From the IMG/VR virus record IMGVR_UViG_3300029319_000396, positions 1 through 27,167 of that record: a stretch of 27,167 nucleotides of DNA. One strand, 5' to 3'. The notes under the pieces were generated by a model that did not search any database, was not told the origin of the DNA, and saw only the letters and a list, made by a program, of their open reading frames with translations. The translations under genes were made by a program, and so were the position numbers. Positions 17,755 to 26,060 of the stretch are shown one piece after another. Position 1 is the first letter of the stretch. Every line of letters starts with the position of its first letter. This DNA is from a virus. Its lineage: Duplodnaviria > Caudoviricetes.

Positions 17755-17810
17755 GACTAAGACTGCGCAAAAATGCGCAGTTTCTAGCATTTAACCTTCG
17801 TCAGTTAGCC
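17755..17810 (-). ncRNA. Hammerhead ribozyme, type I, variant stem II
   Basis: Minus strand GGCUAA-CUGACGA-AGGUUAAAUGCUA-GAAA-CUGCGCA-UUUU-UGCGCAG-UC-UUAGUC: core, stem I and stem III intact, stem II weak. Confidence 0.65.
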
Positions 17811-18177
17811 TTTTTCCATTTAAGTATATACCAGATTCCAGGTGTTTAAGCGGCAAACCATCAGGACCTAAATTTTTTCTATATTCAATAGCTTTATCAA
17901 TTATTTTTAATGCGCCTTTTTGATCGTTTAAAATTGTAGTCCAATGTTTTTTTTCTTCTTCATCGTCTTTCATGTCACTTTCTATAGTTTCAATCATTAA
18001 ATCAATATCACTTTCTAAATGTTCTTTAATTAGTATTAAAACATAATCACCAAAATTTACAATTGTATTAAATGTAATTGGTTTTGATTCGTCTTCAAAA
18101 TATGAACGAACATCAATCATATTATCTATAAAATGATCTAATGTTACTTGAACGGCGTTCCTCTCATACTTATTCAT
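17791..18177 (-). CDS. Hypothetical protein flanked by hammerhead ribozymes
   Basis: 128 aa, AGAGAGG RBS; its last codons (RLTDEG*) encode part of the downstream hammerhead. Confidence 0.75.
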   Translation of the reverse strand: MNKYERNAVQVTLDHFIDNMIDVRSYFEDESKPITFNTIVNFGDYVLILIKEHLESDIDLMIETIESDMKDDEEEKKHWTTILNDQKGALKIIDKAIEYRKNLGPDGLPLKHLESGIYLNGKRLTDEG

Positions 18178-18199
18178 TTTATACCTCTCTTTCTTATTT

Positions 18200-18254
18200 G
18201 ATTAAGACGGCTAAAAAATAGCCGTTTCGACTCATTAAGTCTCATCAGTTAATC
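18200..18254 (-). ncRNA. Hammerhead ribozyme, type I, canonical
   Basis: Minus strand GAUUAA-CUGAUGA-GACU-UAAUG-AGUC-GAAA-CGGCUA-UUUUU-UAGCCG-UC-UUAAUC: all core nucleotides and three perfect stems. Confidence 0.92.
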
Positions 18255-18799
18255 TAATGTCTAATATTTGGAATTAAAGTAATTTTATCAGTAAATGCAT
18301 CAACTTTATCTGTAAAAACTTGTCCAAATATTTGACCAAATGCGTTTCCTTCTTCATCTTGAGAAAGTTCAATTTTATCATATGATTTGAAAGTTTTTAA
18401 AAAATAAGTCAATTCTTCAATTGTATCTATAGTACCTCTTTTTTTAATAGTTTTCATAATCCTATTATATTTTCTATCTTGGTAATTTTGTTCATCGATT
18501 TTTATTTCACGCATTATTTTATAATATTGTTTTTTCTCTCTCTCTTTTTCTTTTTCTTTTTCTGTTTTTGCATAAGGCGTGTTTATTAATGATTTACCAA
18601 GTTTTGTCAATTCATAATAACCTTTTTTATTAACACGAATACGACCACTATATTTTAAGTTAGTTAAAACAGTACCATAATAACCACTTTGATAAGGTCG
18701 GTTATTTAAACTACATATAAAAGTAATTAACTTTTTATATCTTAGTTTTGGCGTTTTATCGATATATTTAAATATCTTAGTCATTTTTGATTCCTTCAT
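18254..18799 (-). CDS. Basic hypothetical protein with possible winged-helix N-terminus
   Basis: 181 aa, AGAGAGG RBS; LTNLKYSGRI....GYYELTKLGK resembles a wHTH recognition helix and wing. Confidence 0.6.
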   Translation of the reverse strand: MKESKMTKIFKYIDKTPKLRYKKLITFICSLNNRPYQSGYYGTVLTNLKYSGRIRVNKKGYYELTKLGKSLINTPYAKTEKEKEKEREKKQYYKIMREIKIDEQNYQDRKYNRIMKTIKKRGTIDTIEELTYFLKTFKSYDKIELSQDEEGNAFGQIFGQVFTDKVDAFTDKITLIPNIRH

Positions 18800-18818
18800 T
18801 TTGTACCTCTCTTTTTGT

Positions 18819-19457
18819 TTAATGATATTTATAAGAAATGTTTTTTATTGATCCATCCCAACACATACGGCACGATCCACACTCATTTTTATTTTTATAA
18901 CTAACACATTCAACACCAATAAAAGACTTATCTTTATGCACTGTAGATGTATTAAAAAATGTTTTAGGTGGCTTAGTGTCGATCATATGCGCACTAAAAC
19001 GAATTACTAGATTTTTAGGTATCTTATCACCTTGTTTAATATATTTGTTTACAATACCATATTCTCTAGTTGGTAACCAGTGTTTGACATTTGGTGTCAT
19101 TTTGCAAACTTCAATAATTTTCTTTAAATGCTCTACACTTTGCAAGTCGCCACTATCGTGCCACCTAAAAAAGTTCTTATCTTTTTTATTACCTTGGTTA
19201 TTAATTAAGTATGCTAATGCTTTGCACCAATCATTATTACTTATGTTTTTTGTTTTATGTTGTAGTTTTAAAGGTAAATTATATCTTTTATAGTTACCAT
19301 TTAATGCATAGCAACCATAACAAACAGAACCTTTAACATTTACTAATTTAGAACCTTTAATACAATCTAATGCGCTTAAATTATATGAGTAACATGGCAT
19401 TTTAGAAGTGCATGAAAGGTAACTCCCTAAAATCTCTTTAGCTTGTATTTTATTCAA
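18819..19457 (-). CDS. GP88-like Cys-rich, radical-SAM-like phage protein
   Basis: TSKMPCYSYNL...C..GS.......VCYGCYA, FRWHDSGD, HWLPTRE and C-terminal CGSCRMCW; TTG at 19457 after an AG-rich tract preferred because 19544 lies upstream of the promoter -35. Confidence 0.65.
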   Translation of the reverse strand: MNKIQAKEILGSYLSCTSKMPCYSYNLSALDCIKGSKLVNVKGSVCYGCYALNGNYKRYNLPLKLQHKTKNISNNDWCKALAYLINNQGNKKDKNFFRWHDSGDLQSVEHLKKIIEVCKMTPNVKHWLPTREYGIVNKYIKQGDKIPKNLVIRFSAHMIDTKPPKTFFNTSTVHKDKSFIGVECVSYKNKNECGSCRMCWDGSIKNISYKYH

Positions 19458-19512
19458 TTTCTCTCTCTCTTTTGTTTGTTTTGAATTGTTGCGCTCTCTC
19501 AATGCGCTTATA

Positions 19513-19541
19513 AATTTATTATATATATTAATCTGTGTCAA
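19513..19541 (-). promoter_or_regulatory. Sigma-70-type promoter of the minus-strand operon
   Basis: TTGACA-N17-TAAATT on the minus strand, AT-rich upstream; the -35 is embedded in a TGTCAACACT box. Confidence 0.72.
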
Positions 19542-19660
19542 CACTTACTTAAATAAAAATATTGAGTCAAAGCAAAAACAAAAAGAAAGATGGCGCATAA
19601 TGTCAAATAGTCAAACTAGCAAATTTGTAAATGCTAACTTCAACAATATCAACACTTAGT

Positions 19661-19688
19661 ATTGCGCATAATATACATTATGTATAAT
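19661..19688 (+). other. dif-like XerC/XerD recombination site (right)
   Basis: ATTGCGCATAA-TATACA-TTATGTATAAT versus E. coli dif GGTGCGCATAA-TGTATA-TTATGTTAAAT: 9/11, 4/6, 9/11; intergenic. Confidence 0.75.
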
Positions 19689-19787
19689 AGAACTCGGATG
19701 CACCAAGGCAAACCTCTCAAAATGCCACTTACCGCGTCTTAAAATTTTCCTCTTCGTTTTTGTCAACACCACTGCGTAAATTCCACT

Positions 19788-20120
19788 ATGGAAGAAGTCT
19801 GGAGTAACCTAACAGATGACAACACTGACAAGTGGCTTCATGCTATCGACCGCGCAGATCGCTACCACACAATGATTCTAGTTTTCCGAAGTGGTTTGAT
19901 CGAACCATCCCTGCGCCACCTGCAACTCGCAGCGCACCAGTTCTACGATCGTATGTCTCCACAGGAGTTACGAGTGTTTAAAGAACGTATTCGTGGCCAT
20001 GCATTTGTAGATATTGCAAAGGAAATGGAAATAACCGAGTCCTCAGTCAAAGAATACTGGCGCAGGACGTTAATTAAAATAAAAGCTGTCATCGAAAGCT
20101 CTAATAAGGAAGATGGATAA
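19788..20120 (+). CDS. Sigma-70 region 4/LuxR-like HTH protein, putative late regulator
   Basis: MSPQELRVF....GHAFVDIAKEMEITESSVKEYWRR; immediately upstream of the terminase genes. Confidence 0.72.
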   Translation: MEEVWSNLTDDNTDKWLHAIDRADRYHTMILVFRSGLIEPSLRHLQLAAHQFYDRMSPQELRVFKERIRGHAFVDIAKEMEITESSVKEYWRRTLIKIKAVIESSNKEDG

Positions 20121-20520
20121 GAAAACAAAGAAAATAGATCCTGAAAAGGTAAAAATGCTTGCTAGTTTTGGCTGCAACTACATCGAAATCGGCAAATACT
20201 TTGAAGTGTCCGAAGGTACAATACGCAAACATTTCAAAGCAAAGGTAGAAGCTGGTAAAGAAGAGATGAAGTTCAAACTGCGCAGATCCATGTGGGTCAG
20301 CGCAATGGAAAACAACTCAATTGCTATGCAGATCTTCATGGCTAAGAATTATCTTGGTATGACAGATAAAACCGCTGTAGACATGACAGGTAATTTAGAA
20401 ACAGTGCTAAAAGAGTGCGGTTTCGAGGATAATCCGATTGATAAAGTCAATACTGAACAAGCAAAAGCTATGGAGGATTTTGGGATACCAACCGACTCCA
20501 CAGCAGTTGGCCGTTCATAA
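20113..20520 (+). CDS. terS: Terminase small subunit
   Basis: N-terminal HTH (LASFGCNYIEIGKYFEVSEGTIRK) and AMQIFMAKNYLGMTDK motif; directly upstream of terL. Confidence 0.8.
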   Translation: MDKKTKKIDPEKVKMLASFGCNYIEIGKYFEVSEGTIRKHFKAKVEAGKEEMKFKLRRSMWVSAMENNSIAMQIFMAKNYLGMTDKTAVDMTGNLETVLKECGFEDNPIDKVNTEQAKAMEDFGIPTDSTAVGRS

Positions 20521-21748
20521 CAGTAAAGCTAGGTATCGCGTCTGTTTAATGGGCAGACGTAGTGGAAAATCCTACATGGCAGCGCATGAAATCATGCCTT
20601 GGCTCTTGACACCCAACACACGTGGTTGGATTGTAGGACCAAACTACTCACTGGCAAATAAGATTGCACGTGAGGTAAAGCGTATTGTAATGACAGAACT
20701 AAAACTGCCATTAGAAAGCAAGAAAGAGATTTCTGGCGATTTATACTATATGAAGCTCGCAGGCTTAAATAGTGAAATAGTTGTAAAATCGGCTGACGCA
20801 GTCGATTCTCTCATTGGAGATGGAATAGATTACTTAATAATAGATGAAGCAGCACTTATCCCACGTAATACATACGAGATGTATTTAAGACCTACACTAG
20901 CAGATCGCCAAGGTTGGTGTTTATTTATTAGTACACCGCGTGGATTCAACTATCTGCACAAGCTCTACAAAGACTTTGGTAAGAATCCTGAGTTTCCTGA
21001 CTGGGAATCATGGCGATTTCCATCTACACTCTCTCCATACTTTAAAGATGACGTAGAAGAACTGAAACGCACACTCACCAAAGAAACCTACAGGCAGGAG
21101 TTTCTTTGCGAGTTTCAGTCCTACCAGGGCAAGGTATATCCACTAGATAGAGAAAAGCAGATACGTGAGGATGTAACCTACGATCCATCCAAGCCTGTAT
21201 ATATGGGTTTGGATTTTGGCTATCGCCACAGCGCAGCGATTATCGTGCAGTTGCACAAGCGTGAGAAAAACTTCGCTGAAGTACACCAGATTGACGAAGT
21301 CAACCTGCAAAACACGCGTACAGAGGAGTTTGCACGTAAAATTAACTCACTTGGCTACGAATTTACTGGTATATGGGGCGATCCAGCAGGATCTGGCACA
21401 AATTTGCAGTCAGGAATCAGTGATATATCTGTTTTTAAGCAACATGGCCTAAACGTCAAGATCAAACGCGATGCAGTAACCAGAAATGTAGTGTCTGGAG
21501 TATCGCATGTACGCAGGTGGTTTGAGGATGCAAATGGTGATCCTCACTTTTTTATTAATCCTAAGTGTAAGGCAAGTATCGAAGCCTACGAAAATTATCA
21601 TTATCCAGAGCATCGTGAAGATCAAACTCTGCGCCACGAACCTAAAAAGGATGGTAAGTTTGACCATCACTGCGATGCTTTGCGTTTTTTGCTTACTAAT
21701 TTGTTTCCAATGAAAAACCGACACGCTGGTGTCATCGATTTCTTTTAA
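20438..21748 (+). CDS. terL: Terminase large subunit
   Basis: Walker A GRRSGKS, Walker B LIIDEAA, ISTPRG, YRQEFLCEF, nuclease GLDFG and DHHCDALRF. Confidence 0.95.
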   Translation: MIKSILNKQKLWRILGYQPTPQQLAVHNSKARYRVCLMGRRSGKSYMAAHEIMPWLLTPNTRGWIVGPNYSLANKIAREVKRIVMTELKLPLESKKEISGDLYYMKLAGLNSEIVVKSADAVDSLIGDGIDYLIIDEAALIPRNTYEMYLRPTLADRQGWCLFISTPRGFNYLHKLYKDFGKNPEFPDWESWRFPSTLSPYFKDDVEELKRTLTKETYRQEFLCEFQSYQGKVYPLDREKQIREDVTYDPSKPVYMGLDFGYRHSAAIIVQLHKREKNFAEVHQIDEVNLQNTRTEEFARKINSLGYEFTGIWGDPAGSGTNLQSGISDISVFKQHGLNVKIKRDAVTRNVVSGVSHVRRWFEDANGDPHFFINPKCKASIEAYENYHYPEHREDQTLRHEPKKDGKFDHHCDALRFLLTNLFPMKNRHAGVIDFF

Positions 21749-21757
21749 AGGTAGAAT

Positions 21758-23119
21758 ATGCTAATTATCCAAGATCAATCAGAAGGCGCACTATTAGGCG
21801 CATTACAAGAGCAGTTAAAATATATCGAGGATGAGCGCACTCGCGAGCGTGACTATTTGATGGACTTCTACGAAGGCATCAACCTAGAACACTACGTGAG
21901 TGACTATTTTGGTCCAGAAACCCTGCGCCAGACAGTCATTCCAGAGAATAATTTAACACGCCGAGTTTGCAGCCTGCGCAGTATGACCTATAAACGTCCA
22001 CCGCGCATGAGAGCAAGTGAATTGTATATGAATGCAATTGACAAGCATGGCCTCAACGCGCAGCGCAGGATCTTGGAGCGTTTAACGTTTCTTTTGGGTA
22101 ATATGGCATTTAGGAGTAAATGGAACGAAGTAGATCAAAAGATAGAATACGAGATATTATCGCATTTTACACCGCTTTTCTTAGCTGGAGATAGCAGAGA
22201 GAAGCCTATTGGCGTTATGTACCCAATCGAAAACCAAGGCAACGCCAGATCTTCGGATGTGGTCAACGCAGTATGGACCGAAGAAAGATATGGTGTACCA
22301 GGAAGGCATTTCTTAGTGGATGAAGAAGGCAAGGTAATGAGTGTGAACGAAAACGATATAAATCCATATGGAGTCCTTCCAGTAACGTTTTGCCATCGCT
22401 ATCCACCAATCAGAGATTATCACGTAGGCAACGCACTCGATGTGGTGAAAACAGACTTAGCAGTAAATGTAGCACTATTAGAATTAAACCTAGCTATTCG
22501 CTATGGATGTTTAGGTATCAAATTCATTACTGGTGTAGATGATCCAAGTCGTATTACGATTGGCACTGATAAAATTTTGTATCTTCCAGAGCAAAGTAAT
22601 TTTGGTGTTACTTCTAGCGGTGGTAATTTAAATCAAATTATAGATTCCACAAGATTTCTAGTGGAAACCACATTAAATAACAATCACATTCGCGCAAAAT
22701 ACGCTAGAGATGACTCAGGCAACGCACCCAGCGCAGCTAGTTTATCCATTATTGAAATGGAAAACATGGACGAGCGCAGCGCAATGACTGAGGACACATG
22801 GAGGCCTTGGGAGCAGCGCAGATATAAGGTAGACAAAAAGATTTTAGAAGTAGAAGCAAATATTAACGTAGGTGATGAATATAGTGTTGACTTCTTAGAA
22901 CCAAACTACGCATTAACACCAGAAGCAGAGATTATGCTATGGAGTTGGAGATTTGATCGTAATTTATCTACACCAATGGATTGGTTTGATTATCATAACC
23001 CAGATGCCAGCGATGAAGATAAAATGAGGTTTGTAGAACAACAAGCACAAGCACAAGAACCTGCACCACAAAATAGACTACTGAATATCTTAAATGCCAA
23101 CAATAGACCAAACAGTTAA
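21758..23119 (+). CDS. Portal protein
   Basis: 453 aa directly after terL; DFYEG and NPYGVLPV motifs typical of SPP1-like portals. Confidence 0.85.
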   Translation: MLIIQDQSEGALLGALQEQLKYIEDERTRERDYLMDFYEGINLEHYVSDYFGPETLRQTVIPENNLTRRVCSLRSMTYKRPPRMRASELYMNAIDKHGLNAQRRILERLTFLLGNMAFRSKWNEVDQKIEYEILSHFTPLFLAGDSREKPIGVMYPIENQGNARSSDVVNAVWTEERYGVPGRHFLVDEEGKVMSVNENDINPYGVLPVTFCHRYPPIRDYHVGNALDVVKTDLAVNVALLELNLAIRYGCLGIKFITGVDDPSRITIGTDKILYLPEQSNFGVTSSGGNLNQIIDSTRFLVETTLNNNHIRAKYARDDSGNAPSAASLSIIEMENMDERSAMTEDTWRPWEQRRYKVDKKILEVEANINVGDEYSVDFLEPNYALTPEAEIMLWSWRFDRNLSTPMDWFDYHNPDASDEDKMRFVEQQAQAQEPAPQNRLLNILNANNRPNS

Positions 23120-23765
23120 CTCGTATGAAAGCAGTATCGATGATAGCATCACTGGATTTACAGAGGATGTGGAAAACCTTGAGGAAGAAGGTGTCTCTAC
23201 AGCGGAAATATTGGGTATTGTCGCTGCAATTGATTTTTCGTCCTATTTTATTGAAGAGCTACGCTTTTCTACCGCAATCAACTCCTTTATGGCTACAACA
23301 GAAGATATTCTTACTGATTTGCCGTTTTTTGGGAATCCAAGCGAAACACAACTCTTGGCTATCCAAAATTTATCAAGGCAGGGAATAGAAGGCGTAAGTA
23401 GGCAAGTGTTTAACTCAATGCAGAGCGCAATGGTTTCAGGTCTTTCCAGTGGCCTACGCGGTGAACAATTAAAAGATTTAATGCGTAATTCAATTAAGAC
23501 GAATGTACCTCGGTCTGAGAACATAATCGTAACGTTATTAGGCGATTACAGGCGTTCTGTAATAGGTGCAATGGCGTTAGGTTTACCAGAAGATACTGAA
23601 TATGAGTATATTGGACCAGATGATGAGAAAACTAGACCGATATGCAGAACATTTTTAGCTAGTGGACCATTAACTAAATCTGAAATACGACAAGTTAAGC
23701 CAGATGCGTATGAGCATGGTGGTGGCGTGCGTTGCAGACATTACTGGAGTCCTATAGATGTTTAA
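23094..23765 (+). CDS. Minor head/morphogenesis protein (SPP1 gp7/Mu gpF-like)
   Basis: Follows the portal; C-terminal GPDDEKTRPIC...GGVRCRHYW motif. Confidence 0.72.
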   Translation: MPTIDQTVNSYESSIDDSITGFTEDVENLEEEGVSTAEILGIVAAIDFSSYFIEELRFSTAINSFMATTEDILTDLPFFGNPSETQLLAIQNLSRQGIEGVSRQVFNSMQSAMVSGLSSGLRGEQLKDLMRNSIKTNVPRSENIIVTLLGDYRRSVIGAMALGLPEDTEYEYIGPDDEKTRPICRTFLASGPLTKSEIRQVKPDAYEHGGGVRCRHYWSPIDV

Positions 23766-24222
23766 ACTGCAAGACATACTAAAGTTTAAGGAATCTGATG
23801 TCAAAAGAATGGCGCAGAATACTGTTAGAAGGCATAAGAAACAGATTTTAGATGGTAAAGATTCAAAAGGTAATAAATTTCAACAATATTCACCTGCGTA
23901 TGCAAAGCGTAAAGGTGTATCTAGAGGTGATGTAAACTTAAAACTAACTGGTAAAATGCTAAAAGCATTTAATGTCCAGCGTACCAAAGTTAAAAAGAAT
24001 CAAGAAATACAATATTTGTACGGCATCAAGAAAAACAAGCAAGGAACAAAAATGATGGAGCATAACACTGGAGTACCAAAAAGAAAGCTACCAAAACGTT
24101 CCATAGCTGAAAAACAACAATTGGGTGACGATGTTGAAGAAGGTGTCGTAAAAGACTTCGCCAATATAATTGGCAAGAACCTATCACGTATGAGCAAGAC
24201 ACACGTAAAGTTAAACATATAG
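23758..24222 (+). CDS. Virion morphogenesis protein (Mu gpG-like)
   Basis: Basic; YSPAYAKRK...VNLKLTGKML...HNTG...LPKR pattern. Confidence 0.55.
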   Translation: MFKLQDILKFKESDVKRMAQNTVRRHKKQILDGKDSKGNKFQQYSPAYAKRKGVSRGDVNLKLTGKMLKAFNVQRTKVKKNQEIQYLYGIKKNKQGTKMMEHNTGVPKRKLPKRSIAEKQQLGDDVEEGVVKDFANIIGKNLSRMSKTHVKLNI

Positions 24223-24232
24223 GAGTGACAGT

Positions 24233-24775
24233 ATGTCCGAAGAACAAAACGAAGTTGCACAGCCAGTGCCTGAACCTACAGTTGAGTCTGTAGAACCAGA
24301 AAAAAAAGAAGAAGAAAGCCAACCGCAACTCGAAGTTGGCAATCTTATCGCGGAAAGCAAGAAATACCGCGCTCGCGCACAAAAAAGTGAGTTGGAACTT
24401 GCAGAATTACGCAAAGAAATCGAGGATTCTCGTGTATCTCAAATGGAAGAGCAAGAGCAATGGAAATTACTTGCCGAGGAACGCGCAGCAAAGTTAGCGC
24501 AACTCGAACCCATTGTTGAAGCTGCAAAGAAGCAAGAAGCAATGCTTCGCGCTGAATTGTTAATGGAGATACCAGAAGAAGAGCATGCTACATTCGGAGA
24601 GTTACCTCTGGAAGCATTGCGTGCTGTAGTAAAAAAACTAAAAACACAACGCGTTAGTGTTTCTAATGCTCCATCTAAGCCAGTCAATGATAGCAATGTT
24701 GAATTAAGGAAGATCAAAGACGAGGACAGGCGTATGAATTGGAGCAACATATTAGATTCCTATAAACGCAAATAA
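24233..24775 (+). CDS. Capsid scaffolding protein
   Basis: Acidic N-terminus, ESKKYRAR coiled coil, AGGAG RBS; immediately upstream of the capsid gene. Confidence 0.78.
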   Translation: MSEEQNEVAQPVPEPTVESVEPEKKEEESQPQLEVGNLIAESKKYRARAQKSELELAELRKEIEDSRVSQMEEQEQWKLLAEERAAKLAQLEPIVEAAKKQEAMLRAELLMEIPEEEHATFGELPLEALRAVVKKLKTQRVSVSNAPSKPVNDSNVELRKIKDEDRRMNWSNILDSYKRK

Positions 24776-24794
24776 ATGAATAAGGAAAGAAACA

Positions 24795-25664
24795 ATGGCT
24801 GATGGTAACGTAACAACTACCACCGCGGCTAAGTTCATCCCTGAGTTATGGCGTGACGCAATTTTAGACTACGCAGAGCGTAAGTTTGAGTTGCGTAATC
24901 AGGTGATGGACTTTTCATCCGAATTACCTTCTGGAGATGTACTCCATATACCAAAGGTAACAGAGGAGACTGCCGCCGCAAAATCCGCAGGAAGTGCGGT
25001 AACTTACACAAACAACACTGATGGTGAAGTCACCATTACTGTTGATCAACATCATTATGAAGCGAAGAGAATCGAAGATATTGTTCGCGTTCAGGAAAGT
25101 GCAAACCTTTTTGGTGCATATGCTCAGTCTATGGGTTATGCATTAGCTAAGAAGGTTGAAAACTACTTGGCAGTGGATGTACTTCAATCTGCGACTGGTA
25201 ATGATGTATCTCTTGGAACAGATAACCAAGTAACTTCTGCGCTACTTCGTAGTGGTTTACAGAAGTTATTAGATGCAGGTCACGATTACGCTGATGGTGA
25301 AACATTTTTATATGCATCACCTGCTGCGTACATGTACCTCTTGAGTTTGCAGGATTTTTATGATTCATCTCGAAGAGGTGATGAGCAGAATCCTAATGTC
25401 TCTGGTGGCGTAGGAATGATCTATGGTATGCCAACATACATTTCAACTGATTGGGATGATGATGGTGGATCTGGTGATGAAACTGCGACTGTATTCAAAA
25501 AAGAAGCAGTGTACATGGCAATGCAGATCGCACCTCGCGTGCAGTCAGCATATGACATAGATCACTTAGCGACAAGCGTGGTTGCCGACATTTTGTTTGG
25601 CGCATCTTTGTCACATGGTGCTTCCAGTACATCACTTGGAGTTGTTAACTTTAACAATCCATAA
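24795..25664 (+). CDS. Major capsid protein (HK97 fold)
   Basis: FIPELW...GDVLHIP...ITVDQ...MGYALAKKV...GMIYGM..Y pattern; 289 aa; followed by a terminator. Confidence 0.9.
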   Translation: MADGNVTTTTAAKFIPELWRDAILDYAERKFELRNQVMDFSSELPSGDVLHIPKVTEETAAAKSAGSAVTYTNNTDGEVTITVDQHHYEAKRIEDIVRVQESANLFGAYAQSMGYALAKKVENYLAVDVLQSATGNDVSLGTDNQVTSALLRSGLQKLLDAGHDYADGETFLYASPAAYMYLLSLQDFYDSSRRGDEQNPNVSGGVGMIYGMPTYISTDWDDDGGSGDETATVFKKEAVYMAMQIAPRVQSAYDIDHLATSVVADILFGASLSHGASSTSLGVVNFNNP

Positions 25665-25674
25665 TCGATAAAAT

Positions 25675-25705
25675 ATGGGTGGATCATTTGGTCCACCCAT
25701 TTTTT
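25675..25705 (+). terminator. Intrinsic terminator after the capsid gene
   Basis: ATGGGTGGATC-attt-GGTCCACCCAT stem followed by a T-run. Confidence 0.85.
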
Positions 25706-25716
25706 AAGGAGATAAA

Positions 25717-25878
25717 ATGAAATATTTTAAAAGAAAAGATGGCTCAGTTTTTGGTAAGCTAGATAGTATTAGTAAAGAACAAGTTGATGCATACATTAAG
25801 GATGGCTGCGTGCCATGTAACGAAAATGGCGAAGTAAAAAAGCCTAAAAGAAAACTTTCATTAAAGAAAAAGAAATGA
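25717..25878 (+). CDS. Small basic protein (53 aa)
   Basis: AAGGAG RBS; MKYFKRKDGSVFGK...KKKK; ATGA overlap with the next gene. Confidence 0.7.
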   Translation: MKYFKRKDGSVFGKLDSISKEQVDAYIKDGCVPCNENGEVKKPKRKLSLKKKK

Positions 25879-26060
25879 AAACAAACGATTTTTTATGTCA
25901 TCGTTGCAACTATAAGTGGGAACAGTTATGGTCCAAAGATGATAAAATACGTTGTCCAAAATGTGGATCATTTAAGTTTCGCAAACTGATCGCAAGTCCG
26001 ATCATACATAGTAAAACAATTTCAGATGCCAGTCTAAGAAGTCAAGGCATCATAGATTAA
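25875..26060 (+). CDS. Zinc-ribbon protein (FmdB-like)
   Basis: DFLCHRC...CPKCGS..RKLIASP pattern. Confidence 0.68.
   Translation: MKTNDFLCHRCNYKWEQLWSKDDKIRCPKCGSFKFRKLIASPIIHSKTISDASLRSQGIID

Noticed and set aside
17735-17770. N-terminal extension of ORF 17486..17770
   Set aside because: Lies inside the hammerhead and leader; the ATG at 17734 has the RBS.
17763-18224. Hairpins at 17763-17780 and 18208-18224 read as intrinsic terminators
   Set aside because: No U-tail on the coding strand; better explained as hammerhead stem III.
19458-19544. N-terminal extension of the GP88-like ORF
   Set aside because: It spans the predicted promoter; TTG at 19457 is more plausible.
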